A stretch of 64,000 nt of DNA. Source: Haliotis rubra. Its lineage: Eukaryota. Each line of letters begins with the position of its first letter. Positions within the stretch are counted from its first letter, which is position 1. Positions 26,001 through 39,030 of the stretch are shown piece by piece. Where the stretch lies: positions 186,001-250,000 of the forward strand of contig NW_025765076.1 in assembly GCF_003918875.1 (NCBI RefSeq), given 5' to 3'. A model generated the notes under the pieces. The model had not been told where the DNA came from and made no database searches. It saw nothing but the letters and a program-made list of their open reading frames with translations. A program made the position numbers and the translations under genes.

Positions 26001-29000
26001 GTTGATAGACACAATTGATGTCCTTGTCAAGAGTTGATAGACACAAGTGATGTCCTTGTCAATGGTTGATAGACACAACTGATATCCTTGTCAAAGGTTG
26101 ATAGACACCACTGATGTCCTTGTCAAGGGTGGATAGACACGATTCATGTCCTTGTCAAGAGTTGATAGACACACCTGATGTTCTTGGCAAGGTTGATAGA
26201 CATACCTGATATCCTTGTCAATGGTTGATAGACTGAACTGATGTCCATGTCAATGGTTGATAGACACAAGTGATGTCCTTGTCAATGGTTGATAGACGCA
26301 ACTGATATCCTTGTCAATGGTTGATAGACGCAAGTGATGTCCTTGTCAAGCGTTGATACACACAATTGATGTCCTTGTCAAGAGTTGATAGACACAAATG
26401 ATGTCATTGTCATGGGTTGATAGACACAACTGATATCCTTGTCAAAGGTTGATAGACACCACTGATATCCTTGTCAAGGGTGGATAGACACAATTCATGT
26501 CCTTGTCAAGAGTTGATAGACACACCTGATGTTCTTGGCAAGGTTGATAGACACAACTGATATCATTGTCAAGGGTTGATAGACACAACTGATATCATTG
26601 TCAAGGGTTGATAGATACAACTGATGTCCTTGTCAAGGGTTGATAGACACAACTGATATCATTGTCAAGGGTTGATAGATACAACTGATGTTCTTGGCAA
26701 GGTTGATAGACACAACTGATGTCCTTGTCATGGGTTGATAGACACAACTGATGTCCTTGTCAATGGTTGATAGACACAATTCATGTCCTTGTCAAGAGTT
26801 GATAGACACAACTGATGTCATTGTCAAGGGTTGATAGATACAACTGATGTCCTTGTCAAGGGTTGATAGACACAACTGATGTCCTTGTCATGGGTTGATA
26901 GACACACCTGATATCCTTGTCAATGGTTGATAGACTAAACTGATGTCATTGTCAATGGTTGATAGACACAAGTGATGTCCTTGTCAATGGTTGATAGACG
27001 CAACTGTTATCCTTGTTAATGGTTGATAGACGCAACTGATGTCCTTGTCAAGCGTTGATAGACACAACTGATATCCTTGTCAATGGTTGATAGACGCAAC
27101 TGATGTCCTTGTCAATGGTTGATAGACACAACTGATGTCCTTGTCATGGGTTGATAGACACAATTGATGTCCTTGTCAAGAGTTGATATTAGACACAAGT
27201 GATGTCCTTGTCAATGGTTGATAGACGCAACTGATGTCCTTGTCAAGCGTTGATACACACAACTGATATCCTTGTCAATGGTTGATAGACACAATTGATG
27301 TCCTTGTCAAGAGTTGATAGACACAAATGATGTCATTGTCATGGGTTGATAGACACAACTGATATCCTTGCCAAAGGTTGATAGACACCACTGATATCCT
27401 TGTCAAGGGTGGATAGACACAACTGATGTCATTGTCATGGGTTGATAGACACAACTGATATCATTGTCAAAGGTTGATAGACACCACTGATGTCCTTGTC
27501 AAGGGTGGATAGACACGATTCATGTCCTTGTCAAGAGTTGATAGACACACCTGATGTTCTTGGCAAGGTTGATAGACACACCTGATATCCTTGTGAATGG
27601 TTGATAGACTGAACTGATGTCCTTGTCAATGGTTGATAGACACAAGTGATGTCCTTGTCAATGGTTGATAGACGCAACTGATATCCTTGTCAATGGTTGA
27701 TAGACGCAACTGATGTCCTTGTCAATGGTTGATAGACACAACTGATGTCCTTGTCATGGGTTGATAGACACAATTGATGTCCTTGTCAAGAGTTGATAGA
27801 CACAAGTGATGTCCTTGTCAATGGTTGATAGACGCAACTGATGTCCTTGTCAAGCGTTGATACACACAACTGATATCCTTGTCAATGGTTGATAGACACA
27901 ATTGATGTCCTTGTCAAGAGTTGATAGACACAAATGATGTCATTGTCATGGGTTGATAGACACAACTTATATCCTTGTCAAAGGTTGATAGACACCACTG
28001 ATATCCTTGTCAAGGGTTGATAGACACAACTGATGTCATTGTCATGGGTTGATAGACACAACTGATATCCTTGTCAAAGGTTGATAGACACCACTGATGT
28101 CCTTGTCAATGGTTGATAGACACAACTGATGTCCTTGTCATGGGTTGATAGACACAATTGATGTCCTTGTCAAGAGTTGATAGACACAAGTGATGTCCTT
28201 GTCAATGGTTGATAGACACAACTGATATCCTTGTCAAAGGTTGATAGACACCACTGATGTCCTTGTCAAGGGTGGATAGACACGATTCATGTCCTTGTCA
28301 AGAGTTGATAGACACACCTGATGTTCTTGGCAAGGTTGATAGACATACCTGATATCCTTGTCAATGGTTGATAGACTGAACTGATGTCCATGTCAATGGT
28401 TGATAGACACAAGTGATGTCCTTGTCAATGGTTGATAGACGCAACTGATATCCTTGTCAATGGTTGATAGACGCAAGTGATGTCCTTGTCAAGCGTTGAT
28501 ACACACAACTGATATCCTTGTCAATGGTTGATAGACACAATTGATGTCCTTGTCAAGAGTTGATAGACACAAATGATGTCATTGTCATGGGTTGATAGAC
28601 ACAACTGATATCCTTGTCAAGGTTGATAGATAAACACCACTGATATCCTTGTCAAGGTGGATGGATTTACACCTGATGTTCTTGGCAAGGTTGATAGACA
28701 CAACTGATATCATTGTCAAGGGTTGATAGACGCAACAGATGTCCTTGTCAAGCGTTGATAGACACAACTGATATCCTTGTCAAGGGTTGATAGACACAAT
28801 TGATGTCCTTGTCAAGAGTTGATAGACACAAATGATGTCATTGTCATGGGTTGATAGACACAACTGATATCATTGTCAAGGGTTGATAGATACAACTGAT
28901 GTCCTTGTCAAGGTTGATAGACACAACTGATGTCCTTGTCATGGGTTGATAGACACAACTGATGTCCTTGTCAATGGTTGATAGACACAATTGATGTCCT

Positions 29001-30080
29001 TGTCAAGCGTTGATAGACACAACTGATGTCATTGTCAAGGGTTGATAGATACAACTGATGTCCTTGTCAAGGGTTGATAGACACAACTGATGTCCTTGTC
29101 ATGGGTTGATAGACACACCTGATATCCTTGTCAATGGTTGATAGACTGAACTGATGTCATTGTCAATGGTTGATAGACACAAGTGATGTCCTTGTCATTG
29201 GTTGATAGACGCAACTGATATCCTTGTTAATGGTTGATAGACGCAACTGATGTCCTTGTCAAGCGTTGATAGACACAACTGATATCCTTGTCAATGGTTG
29301 ATAGACGCAACTGATGTCCTTGTCAATGGTTGATAGACACAACTGATGTCCTTGTCAATGGTTGATAGACACAATTGATGTCCTTGTCAAGAGTTGATAG
29401 ACACACCTGATGTTCTTGGCAAGGTTGATAGACACAACTGATATCATTGTCAAGGGTTGATAGACACAACTGATATCATTGTCAAGGGTTGATAGATACA
29501 ACTGATGTCCTTGTCAAGGTTGATAGACACAACTGATGTCCTTGTCATGGGTTGATAGACACAACTGATGTCCTTGTCAAGGGTTGATAGACACAATTGA
29601 TGTCCTTGTCAAGAGTTGATAGACACAACTGATGTCATTGTCAAGGGTTGATAGATACAACTGATGTCCTTGTCAAGGGTTGATAGACACAACTGATGTC
29701 CTTGTCATGGGTTGATAGACACACCTGATATCCTTGTCAATGGTGGATAGACTGAACTGATGTCATTGTTAATGGTTGATAGACACAAGTGATGTCCTTG
29801 TCAAGGGTTGATAGACGCAACTGATATCCTTGTTAATGGTTGATAGACGCAACTGATGTCCTTGTCAATTGTTGATAAATACAACTGATATCCTTGTCAA
29901 TGGTTGATAGACGCAACTGATGTCCTTGTCAAGCGTTGATAGATACAACTGATGTCCTTCTCAAGGGTTGATAGACACAACTGATGTCCTTGACAAGGGT
30001 AGATAGACACAACTGATGTCCTTCTCAAGGGTTGATAGACACTAACTAATCTTCGTGTCAAGGGTTGATAGACACAACTG
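17050..30080. repeat. 32-bp satellite array, ~13 kb (about 400 monomers) with higher-order blocks
   Basis: Unit GGTTGATAGACACAACTGATGTCCTTGTCAAK (31-bp variants occur); diagnostic variant strings recur at about 2.1-kb offsets. Confidence 0.98.
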
Positions 30081-30086
30081 GTTCTC

Positions 30087-30390
30087 CTATTCAAGTGGCG
30101 ATATGTACCCGACAGACGATCTAGGACGAGAGACATGGCCGCCCTTCCTAAGTTCAGTGTACGAGCCTCTTCCTGACTTATCCTTGACACCAGTCATCAG
30201 TTCTCCAGGGTAGCAGTCTGCTACAACAGGAATGTCGGGAGCCTCCTCCCTACCGGTGCCTTGGTTCTGGTCTGGTTCCACAATGTCCTCCTCTCTGATG
30301 TCCTCGTAGTGATGTAGCTCCAGGTAGTCGTGGATGGCGATGTCTGCCTGCTCCAGCTTAGCTTCCAGTTTCTGATCATCAACTTTATTC
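30087..30390 (-). CDS. Gene B last exon: cytoplasmic tail with Tyr motifs
   Basis: Acceptor ttacAG at 30392-30391, phase 2; (R)NKVDDQKLEAKLEQADIAIHDYLELHHYEDIREED...GSYTELRKG...VGYISPLE*, TAG at 30089-30087. Confidence 0.82.
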
Positions 30391-30804
30391 CTGTAACAAT
30401 CCCATTTAAGGTTATTGGGATATGTTCTCTATGTACATGATTGAAGTATATTACACGATTACAACGTACGGGAGATTGATGGGGCAATGGACGATAGCTG
30501 AACGTAAGCTGATAAGTTACATTACTATGCTTTAGTCTGTGTACATATCAGATTCTACCTATTTGTCATAAGTGAGTGTGGATGGGTGAGGTTTACACCG
30601 CACTCAAAGTGATGCAGGAACCCTGTGTCGAACCCATGGGGAGCAGACTGTCAAACTGAGAATAACATTCAGGCAGAATGCCAACATAATCGGAATCTCA
30701 CACGACCATGGGGCACAACTCTGCTCTGATGACTGTCAGACGTCATCGTGGTAGACCACTGAGTATACTGCTTGCTCAAAATCCTGTTGCGAATGTCAAC
30801 TGAC

Positions 30805-30929
30805 CGTGTGGGACACATTCCCTTTACGGTAGCAGATGTAGCCAGCGGTACATGCAGCCAGGAGGATGAAGACGACAAGCACAACCGATGTCACCGTGAC
30901 GGCGTTGGAGGCATCAGACACAGGTTCCC
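30805..30929 (-). CDS. Gene B transmembrane exon (phase 1-2)
   Basis: Acceptor ttccAG, donor GTCAGT; (G)EPVSDASNAVTVTSVVLVVFILLAACTAGYICYRKGMCPT(R): hydrophobic helix followed by RK; phases match both neighbouring exons. Confidence 0.87.
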
Positions 30930-31298
30930 CTGGAAGATGAATCAATAGTTATACTTACACATTTCACAGTTGTCTACGAAGCAATCACACCGCAAAACAG
31001 GGAATCAAGGTCGCATTAAAATCACCATAATTGTCTCCGTGATATTAATTACAGATGCAGCAAAGATGGTTGGGGTATTCCTAGTATTTATTGTTACGAT
31101 CTTTGTTGTTGTAATCAATATCAACATTTAGAACAAAGTTCCATGACATGCGATTTGTGATCTTTGACATGCGTGACATGCAACATTTTTGAAAGGACTT
31201 GAACACATAGGCGGAAGAATACAGAACATCGTGAACATAACTATTTTACGTCTGTGTCACATGTACGAGATCTGGTACCTACGACTGAAGATGTGTAC

Positions 31299-32209
31299 CT
31301 GGTTCACACGATCCAGACGGACAATCAGATGTTCGGCAGTTGTCGGTGCAGTTATCGCCGCACCTGGATCCAGTCGAGTTGCATCCCTGTACACAGACCC
31401 CGGATGTCACATCACAAACACCACCCGCACACCCGTCACACCCTGTGATACAAGATGTGTTACATGCTTCCTTGAGGCATTTCCCACATCCTACAACACA
31501 CGCACCTGCCTGGTTACACCTCTGGTGTTGACAGTTAGGCTGCATCGCCGTGAACACTTGGGGCCATACCAGCCATCAACACAACCGTAGACACACTCGC
31601 CAGTCTGGCTGTGACACTCAGGTGGACATGAATCTCCATCTGGACATTGTCCACCCGTGGTCAGGGAGGGGTTAGGTCGACAGGTGTCACTGCATGCTTC
31701 AGTACAGTCGTCACCATAGAAACCTTGTCTGCATCCCTCTGTACAGCCACTCTCACATCCTCCGACACAGTTCTCGCATGAGTGTCTACACTCTACTCCT
31801 GAATAAGGAGGATGACACTCCTCACAGGTTCCTGTGATCCTGTTGCAGGACTTACATCTGCTGGAACATGTCTTACATCCTGCTCCGTAGTAGGAGTGGC
31901 TGCAACCAGAGAAACAAGCTCCAGCCACCTGACAATACTCCCCATCACATCCACCTGGGCACCTGGTACAGCCTACCTGGAGAGTGTCACATGGCCTCTG
32001 ACAGGTGAGACCCTGGAATCCAGGTATACAACCATCAGTACATCTCCCAATACCTTTGTCAGGGAGCAGCTCACACGTGTGGTACCTGCACCTGCTGCTG
32101 CAATCATCCTGGCAGTTGGGGCCGAAATATCCTCTGTGGCACTTTGTACTGCATCGACCTGTCTGTTCATCACACTCAGTACAATGCTGGATGTCGGGAC
32201 ATTTAGCAC
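31299..32209 (-). CDS. Gene B extracellular Cys-rich EGF-like exon (MEGF10/SREC/Draper-like); 1-nt frameshift near 31538
   Basis: Acceptor tcacAG at 32211-32210, donor at 31298; ORFs 31491-32243 and 31279-31557 join (CSRRCS/PNCQHQRC); repeated CxxGxYGxxC and CxxxTGxC motifs. Confidence 0.88.
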
Positions 32210-32882
32210 CTGTGAATATAATCCCCAAATATATAACTGACAAATCTGAAACTTTATAGTGCTCATAAGTTCTACTTGTATACAGTTACCATCGTCTTGA
32301 GCAATACATCTGTACAATATGTGAGAGGATCATGGCGATCTTGCTTTATATGCCCACATGGTCATGAAATTAAATACTAGGATCCCAAAAAGACATTTCT
32401 CAATCCAGTGACATACAGTAGGTAACATGTACCACAGATCCTCAAATGAAGCAGTATCAATCAACGCATAAGCGAGAGATTACGAAGTGTTATGTCTGTA
32501 AAGTCCTGTGCATGTGTACATAGAACCAATAGCTAATACTTGTACTTGGACGTAACCATAATAACTGTAATGCATATGAACAGATTACATACCCAGCTTA
32601 CAGTCTGCATTTGAAACATACACAACCACGCTGATATGAAGCCTTCCTGCCAGGAACCTATGTTTATGGCTTGGAATCCCAGCTTCTAGGTAAGAACAAT
32701 GTTCATGGCTTTCGCCAAGATGGCACGCATCATAGATCAGACTTTGCTTCCATGATCAGATTTACACGTCGACTCATAACTGTTTGAAGTTGCATTAAAC
32801 TAAACCCATTCACTAAACCCATTCACCTCACTCACTTAATTATGACACGATTTACTTGTATACCCACTCACTCATTCCTTAC

Positions 32883-32934
32883 CTTGGGAGTAAATGACTA
32901 TGTACGCCGTGACTACGAGTTGAAGGAATGGCAT
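32883..32934 (-). CDS. Gene B signal-peptide exon
   Basis: ATG at 32934, MPFLQLVVTAYIVIYSQ then G|GTAAGG donor, phase 1; upstream acceptor tttcAG near 32942. Confidence 0.78.
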
Positions 32935-33551
32935 GGTGTACCTGAAACTTCAAGAGAACAGTTGACGAAAGTTCGGTTTTGTTCATGCACTGGAAGGCAG
33001 GACTCAACAAATAGTATCAACAACATCCGCAACTAAATTCGAAAAATGTACTTACTTTTGACTATACCTATAAAACATCCTCACTCGTTCGAACACGATA
33101 TGCACAATGTGTTTGTTTGAAGGCCCGATACTGGATTGGCTGACACTAGTTTCACTGTTAGGGTCAGCAGCTTGTTTCGGCTTCCTGGTAATAAATGATA
33201 GTCATTGATAGAGCACCAAAACAATAGAGAGCAATGTCAAGGCGACCTGTATGATGTGTGTGTTTGTTACAGACTGTGCGAGTCGTCTCTTGGTCCCATG
33301 GTTGTGTGTAGCGGCAGGCTCTCCTTCCAGTTTCACCCATTTGGAGTTCATCTTTACAAACACAAAACGAAAGTACTTCATGGTTGGTTGAAGATGTCAA
33401 ACCAATTATTAAGGGGAGAAACACATTTTCCCTCAACCAAAACAACAAATTTGAAGGATCACTAACATTCTCGCCATTACCTGAATATCATTATTGAGCT
33501 GTAATGTTAGCCTCAAGTAAGTAAATGATATTTCTCTGGGTAGTCAGCCAT

Positions 33552-33670
33552 CGCTGTGCTACACTACCAGGGTCTCACTCTCTCTGCTGTGGGTAGTTGG
33601 GATCAACGCTGTGCTACACTACTAGGGACTCACTCACTCTGCGGTGGGTAGTTGCGATCAACGCTGTACT
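33552..33670. repeat. 55-bp tandem repeat, about 2.2 copies
   Basis: CGCTGTGCTACACTAC at 33552 and 33607; partial third copy at 33662. Confidence 0.85.
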
Positions 33671-34136
33671 TTCAATTCCCTGTTATGACATCTGGTAGCA
33701 CGGCGGAGGAAGGACATGCCTACGCCAATATACACAAACATAACGTTAATTCCCGGTTATATTGTGGAAAATCAAATTGGGAATAGGTTTGCAACAACCA
33801 CGACAGATTGAATCACACTCGACATTATACAGTTCAATGTTTCACACACACGCACGAATTCCTTGTTTTATTCCATTATATTCTTACCTATGTATGCCCC
33901 GTGCGATTTAAGTGCTGCTTATTGATGTCACATGAGTTAGAAGGAACGTATTGTATAAAATTATCATGGTTTCTCTTTCGGTGTCAAGTTCTTTTTCCGG
34001 ATAAATATACAGCAGGGTGTTTAGGAAACGAACTAAGCATTATTTCTGATTCCTGACGCGGTTCCGCAGCAGGATTTATACCTGTCGCTGTTATCGATTA
34101 TACTCAACTGTAGGCATTGACCTAAACTTTACAAAT

Positions 34137-35577
34137 ATACTCTCCCCAAAAAGAAACGGATATAGGAATTTTAACTGTATTTTTATGTTTATTTTGAAAC
34201 ATCTTGAAGGCTTTATGAGTCAATGAACTATAGCGAAATTGCACACTGGGAATGCAGACTTATCCGTCGTTGGCACCAACTCGAGGAAAGTCAGTTTGAG
34301 TGTCACACGGAGACGTGTGGTGGCGCTGAAGTCAATACCTAGTGTGATCACCGTGGGCATCCAGAACTGCACGGCATCGCCTCGGCATCGAACGAATATA
34401 AGTCCCAGAATCTTGTGTTGCCAAATCGCAGCCCACTCAGCCTGTAATGCCTGTGTAGTTGCTGAAGTGTCTGGGGCTGAGGGTTACGGCGTCGCATCCG
34501 TCTGTCCAGGGCATATCCCACAGATGTTCGACCGGGTTTCAGTCCGGTGATCTTGAGGACCAGGGGAGCACATTGATGTTGTGGTTCTGGGGGAAGTCTC
34601 CAGTGTGACGTGCTGTGTGGGGCCTGGCATTGTACTGTTGAAACAACTCCCTCTGGCGATCAATGATTGGAAGGAGGTGTGGGCGTAGGATTTCGTCACA
34701 GTACCGTTGAGCTGTCAGGTTGCCCTGGATCATCACCAAATCACTTCTCCTACGGCAGGTGATCGTTCCTAACATCATAACCCAGCCCCGGTGGAATCTG
34801 TCTACCTGGGGAACGCAAGCGTCGGTCTCGTCGACGTCTGTACACCCGCATTCTTCCATCGCGTCGTTCCAATAGAAATCGTGATTCATCACTGAACCAG
34901 ATTCTACGCCAATTCGGTAGGTTTCAGGCCTGAACGTTGGTGCACCATTGAATGTTGTTGTCGAAGCACAGGGCCAAAATAAGGTCTTCTGGCACGTAAA
35001 CCAGCCTCTCAACCTGTTCCTGACGGTCTGTGCAGAAAGCCTCCTCAATCCGGGTATTTGTGGAGCGGTACTGGTCGCCGTAGCTGTTCGATGACGCAGG
35101 TGATGTATCCGGATGTAGCGATCCTGCGCCGCAGTGGTCGCTCGAGGCCGCCCATTACGAAGGGCATCTGCTACCGAATTCCGCCGGCGATATCTCTCCC
35201 AGAACCGTGAAATGGTGCTTTGGGGAACATTCATGCGTCTGGCAGCTGCGCGTTGAGACAAGCAAACCAATGGCGATATGACGGTTGGCTTTACTTAGAC
35301 GTGGCATTTTGCGTTCGTCAACAATATTCCAAATACAGTGAATAATCGACAGACACCGATCAACCTCTAATACCCATCATTGAGACTATCTGATCCCCAA
35401 CTTTCACGTGCATTGCATGTGAATTGTGTATTCTGTGACACTACACGCCGAAATTGAAAATCATGCTGTTAAATACGGGTATTTTACGGATGGTGCGTTT
35501 TGTTGTGATGTTTCAAAACATAACACCATATGACTCATAAATAGAGCAAAACCTTGTGTAAAATAAATCACGTTTTA
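34137..35577 (-). mobile_element. Decayed Tc1-family transposon; transposase pseudogene 34332-35307
   Basis: MPRLSKANRHIAIG start, HTH, GRPRATTAAQDRYI, FQQ(Y)NARPH, WSSRSPD*NPVEHLW, C-terminal GDHTRY*; TA-CTCTCCCCAAAAAGAAACG terminus near 34137; the other end looks truncated. Confidence 0.92.
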
Positions 35578-35622
35578 ATTCATTGCACTCAGTACAATGC
35601 TGGTTGTTGGGGCATTTAGCAC
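35578..35622 (-). pseudogene. Gene C: 5' stub of an EGF-like exon paralogous to gene B
   Basis: Acceptor ctacAG then GTGCTAAATGCCCCAACAACCAGCATTGTACTGAGTGCAATGAA (AKCPNNQHCTECNE) versus gene B GTGCTAAATGTCCCGACATCCAGCATTGTACTGAGTGTGATGAA; similarity stops at the Tc1-derived sequence. Confidence 0.82.
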
Positions 35623-36398
35623 CTGTAGATGAATATACCTTATAAACAATGAAAGTTCTTTGCTATAAAATGATCGGTCAGTAATTTATTTCAAAACACA
35701 TGATCACTTGATTCATTTTTACCATGCTGCGGCGCGTGTGTATCTCTGAAAGGTCTTACGACAGCTCGAAATGTTACTACCAAAAATAGGAAATGGTCGG
35801 TTTGACAAGTACAGTGACGCGGTATCAAGTGAAGATCTTTACATGGGTGATATCAAAAGTCATCGATCTACTCGACAATGACAACTGATCTGCTATATTT
35901 CCACAGAGTGGCGTACTTTAGAAACGTTTCTTTTATCAGTATTTAACCACATCTAACAAAATACAAGGATCGGTTAAAGCCACTATTGTGTGGATCCTGG
36001 TATCATAATTGTCAAACAATGAACTATGGATTTGAATGTTGACTATAGAATGTTAACTGAATGTATGTTGCTTTCACCTATATTTAATAAACATTCCTGT
36101 TTTGCCTGAGATCATCTCTGCTTGTATTTTCAGGCGTGGAGATCCAGAAGCTAGTTCCCCGAAATAATTCTAGGTTTGAACGGTCACACAGCAAGACAAA
36201 GGAGCTGAGACAGATGTTAGCGTAAGCTCAACCGGTACAAGTTGGGCACACCTAACCGACAGGCTGTGTTACCAACAAACATCGTCAACTAGTATCATTT
36301 TTAACAACTCATTACAATTCTGATGCCAGCATGTTTACGACCCCATGATAATGTCTGATCTGTTCTGTCACAAACAAATACGTTACACATCTGCTCAC

Positions 36399-36450
36399 AT
36401 GTTGAGGTGATAATCACGTGTGCAATCACCAAGATCCTCACAGGCCACAT
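36399..36450 (-). pseudogene. Gene C signal-peptide exon
   Basis: MWPVRILVIAHVIITST then T|GTGAGC donor; 52 coding nt and phase 1, same as the gene B signal exon; upstream tttcAG acceptor at similar distance. Confidence 0.68.
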
Positions 36451-37002
36451 TGCCTTCCTGAAACTGAAACGAACTGAACTCAAACAACATTATATGTCCA
36501 GTTAGTGGATGCAGTTCCATCAAACCTTGACTTTCATCTCCATATCTCATACATACAATGATATAATGATCAAAACTTGAACAGACACGTGTAATATCAA
36601 TGTCGTCAAAGATCTTTAATGCAACAATTGATCTAACTAACCAATGTTCCGTTACAAGATATTCCCACATGATAATCTTCAGCAGATCTGTGATTCAACG
36701 GTGAAAATATGGCGAGTGTATTGGGGGTCGGTGTTTAGAATATATTATTAGATTTTACATTGAATTTATGTCACAAAACGACAAGGAAGTTTTACTCTTA
36801 GATAGGGAACGAGTGTGACGTTTTGTGCCATATCTATCATGAAACTGAAAATGTCTGTTTGTAATGATCGTGCTTCATCAAATTGTGCATTTGTATCATA
36901 GGGCCAAAGTCATGGTAATAACAATAATAACTTCACGTATTTCCTGGTAATGCACCTTTTTTAATACCCCATAAATTTGTACTCCTAATTTAGATTTATG
37001 TA

Positions 37003-37288
37003 TCAAGGCACAGGCAAACTGTAGGGCAAATAGTGTTGAGCAACAGAGAGAAAAATGCCACGAGTGCCTCTTAAAATGTTGAATTGAATATACTTTACCT
37101 GAGTAACTATCAAATATAAGTTTTGAAACCTTGGAGCACAACTCTGCGTGGAAATGGGTGTTTACCTTGGATGGTGGCGATAGTTTTTTTTGTCACTAAA
37201 AATATTTTTCGAAAGCCAAGGAAGACATTTTTTCACTTTTCTCTCTGTTGCGCAATCCTATTTGCGCTATAATTTGCCTGTGGTCAAG
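37003..37288. repeat. Inverted repeat pair (~55-bp arms, ~175-bp spacer), MITE-like
   Basis: CACAGGCAAACTGTAGGGCAAATAGTGTTGAGCAACAGAGAGAAAA pairs with TTTTCTCTCTGTTGCGCAATCCTATTTGCGCTATAATTTGCCTGTG. Confidence 0.8.
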
Positions 37289-38544
37289 GTCACTCTACAA
37301 TATGTTATTACATACATGTTCATGCCGTGAATTACTGGGTTGTCTTTATCTAACTTGACTGTTTACAGACAATACTCACACATAGGTGGAACATTGACGA
37401 TGTTGTCTTTGAACAACAAGCCGATGTCTCTCAAGTTGGCCTTGGACTCACCTTGCCGATGAAAGAATGAACAAAGCTTCTACACATGGAAAGCTATGGG
37501 ATATATAACCTGCACATCTGTACAACAAAGGAACTCCACACCACTGATGTTCCAAAACACGCGTGAATTGAAAGAAAATGTTTTCTTTTGGAACAAATCG
37601 CATCTTTAAAGGAAATATACACCACCATTGACAGTAAGTCTGTTTCTGCAAGCACCATGTGACTGTAACCTGGGCCAGGCTACGCTGACAACTTCGCTGA
37701 TATCTGGCATTGTCTTTGGCAGTGACTCGTGCTGATGATGTGGTCCAGATCGTACAATGGACGTTCGTAAACATTAATATGGTATAAAAATGAAGACCAT
37801 TCGTCAAGGAACATAGAATCCAGTATCAGATCTCATTACAACCGTTTAAAGTACTTGTCCAACAGTCAGGAAATTTCTCTGTTTGAATGAAAAACATTTG
37901 ACTAGGCCTTGATGGGGAAACCTTGAAAGAAGGAAGATAAAACTGGGTCTTTCCAGATATTTGAATGTACTTTATAGAAACTGAGCTTGGGGTGATGGAA
38001 CAGAGGTTGTCATTATTTCCAGCTTCTACACATGGGAAGCTATAGGATATATAACCTGCACATGTGTACAACAAAGGGTCTCCACAGGAACATATCGGTA
38101 CCACAGGTACATATCGGTACGACAGGAACATATCGGTACAACAGGAGACCCAGAGTCACACAAGAAGAAACTACACACCTTTTCCTCAGCATTACGAAAC
38201 CTCTACAGTGTATAATTCCGGCTAAATGATAAGCAAGTGTTTATGAATCACATGATACCAGTGTTAGCCTGCCCACCCGTTCTACCCGAAGTAAAACATG
38301 CAAAGGCCAGTCGGTTGTTCTACTGCATTTGTCAACTGACTTTTGACTCCACATCTCTTCAAGGGCGTGTCACGATGCCTAGTGTCAAATCCGACAGATT
38401 TCGATATTATCCTGCCAACAGTAAAACGGTGATTACAGAAAACATCACAAATCATGTTATTATATTTTTGGCATTAAAATGACATGTCATAAACTAATGC
38501 ACAGTTACTTTATTCTAGCAGCATACATATACAGCAGCATGACC

Positions 38545-39030
38545 CCACAGCCCCATAGATGTACACCATCGAGACCCCACAGTCCAATAGATGTACAACA
38601 TCGAGACCCCACAGTCCAATAGATGTACAACATCGAGACCCCACAATCCAATAGATGTACAACATCGAGACCCCACAATCCAATAGATGTACAACATCGA
38701 GACCCCACAGTCCAATAGATGTACAACATCGAGACCCCACAGGGAAATATTTGTACAACATCGAGACCCCACAGTCCAATACATGTACAACATCGAGACC
38801 CCACAGGGAAATATTTGTACAACATCGAGACCCCACAGTCCAATACATGTACAACATCGAGACCCCACAGGGAAATATTTGTACAACATCGAGACCCCAC
38901 AGGGAAATATTTGTACAACATCGAGACCGCACAGGAAAATATTTGTACAACATCGAGACCCCACAGGAAAATATTTGAACAACATCGAGACCCCACAGAG
39001 AAATATTTGTACAACATCGACACCCCACAG
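38545..39030. repeat. 32/33-bp minisatellite, about 15 copies
   Basis: TGTACAACATCGAGACCCCACA followed by GTCCAATAGA or GGGAAATATT. Confidence 0.95.

Noticed and set aside
17050-30080. CRISPR array (32-bp repeats with partial palindrome)
   Set aside because: Units are head-to-tail with no unique spacers, there are no cas genes, and the context is eukaryotic.
37475-38095. ~70-bp direct duplication (37475-37540 and 38020-38095) as a coding exon
   Set aside because: It has splice-like signals but no convincing peptide; at most a 5' UTR exon of gene C.
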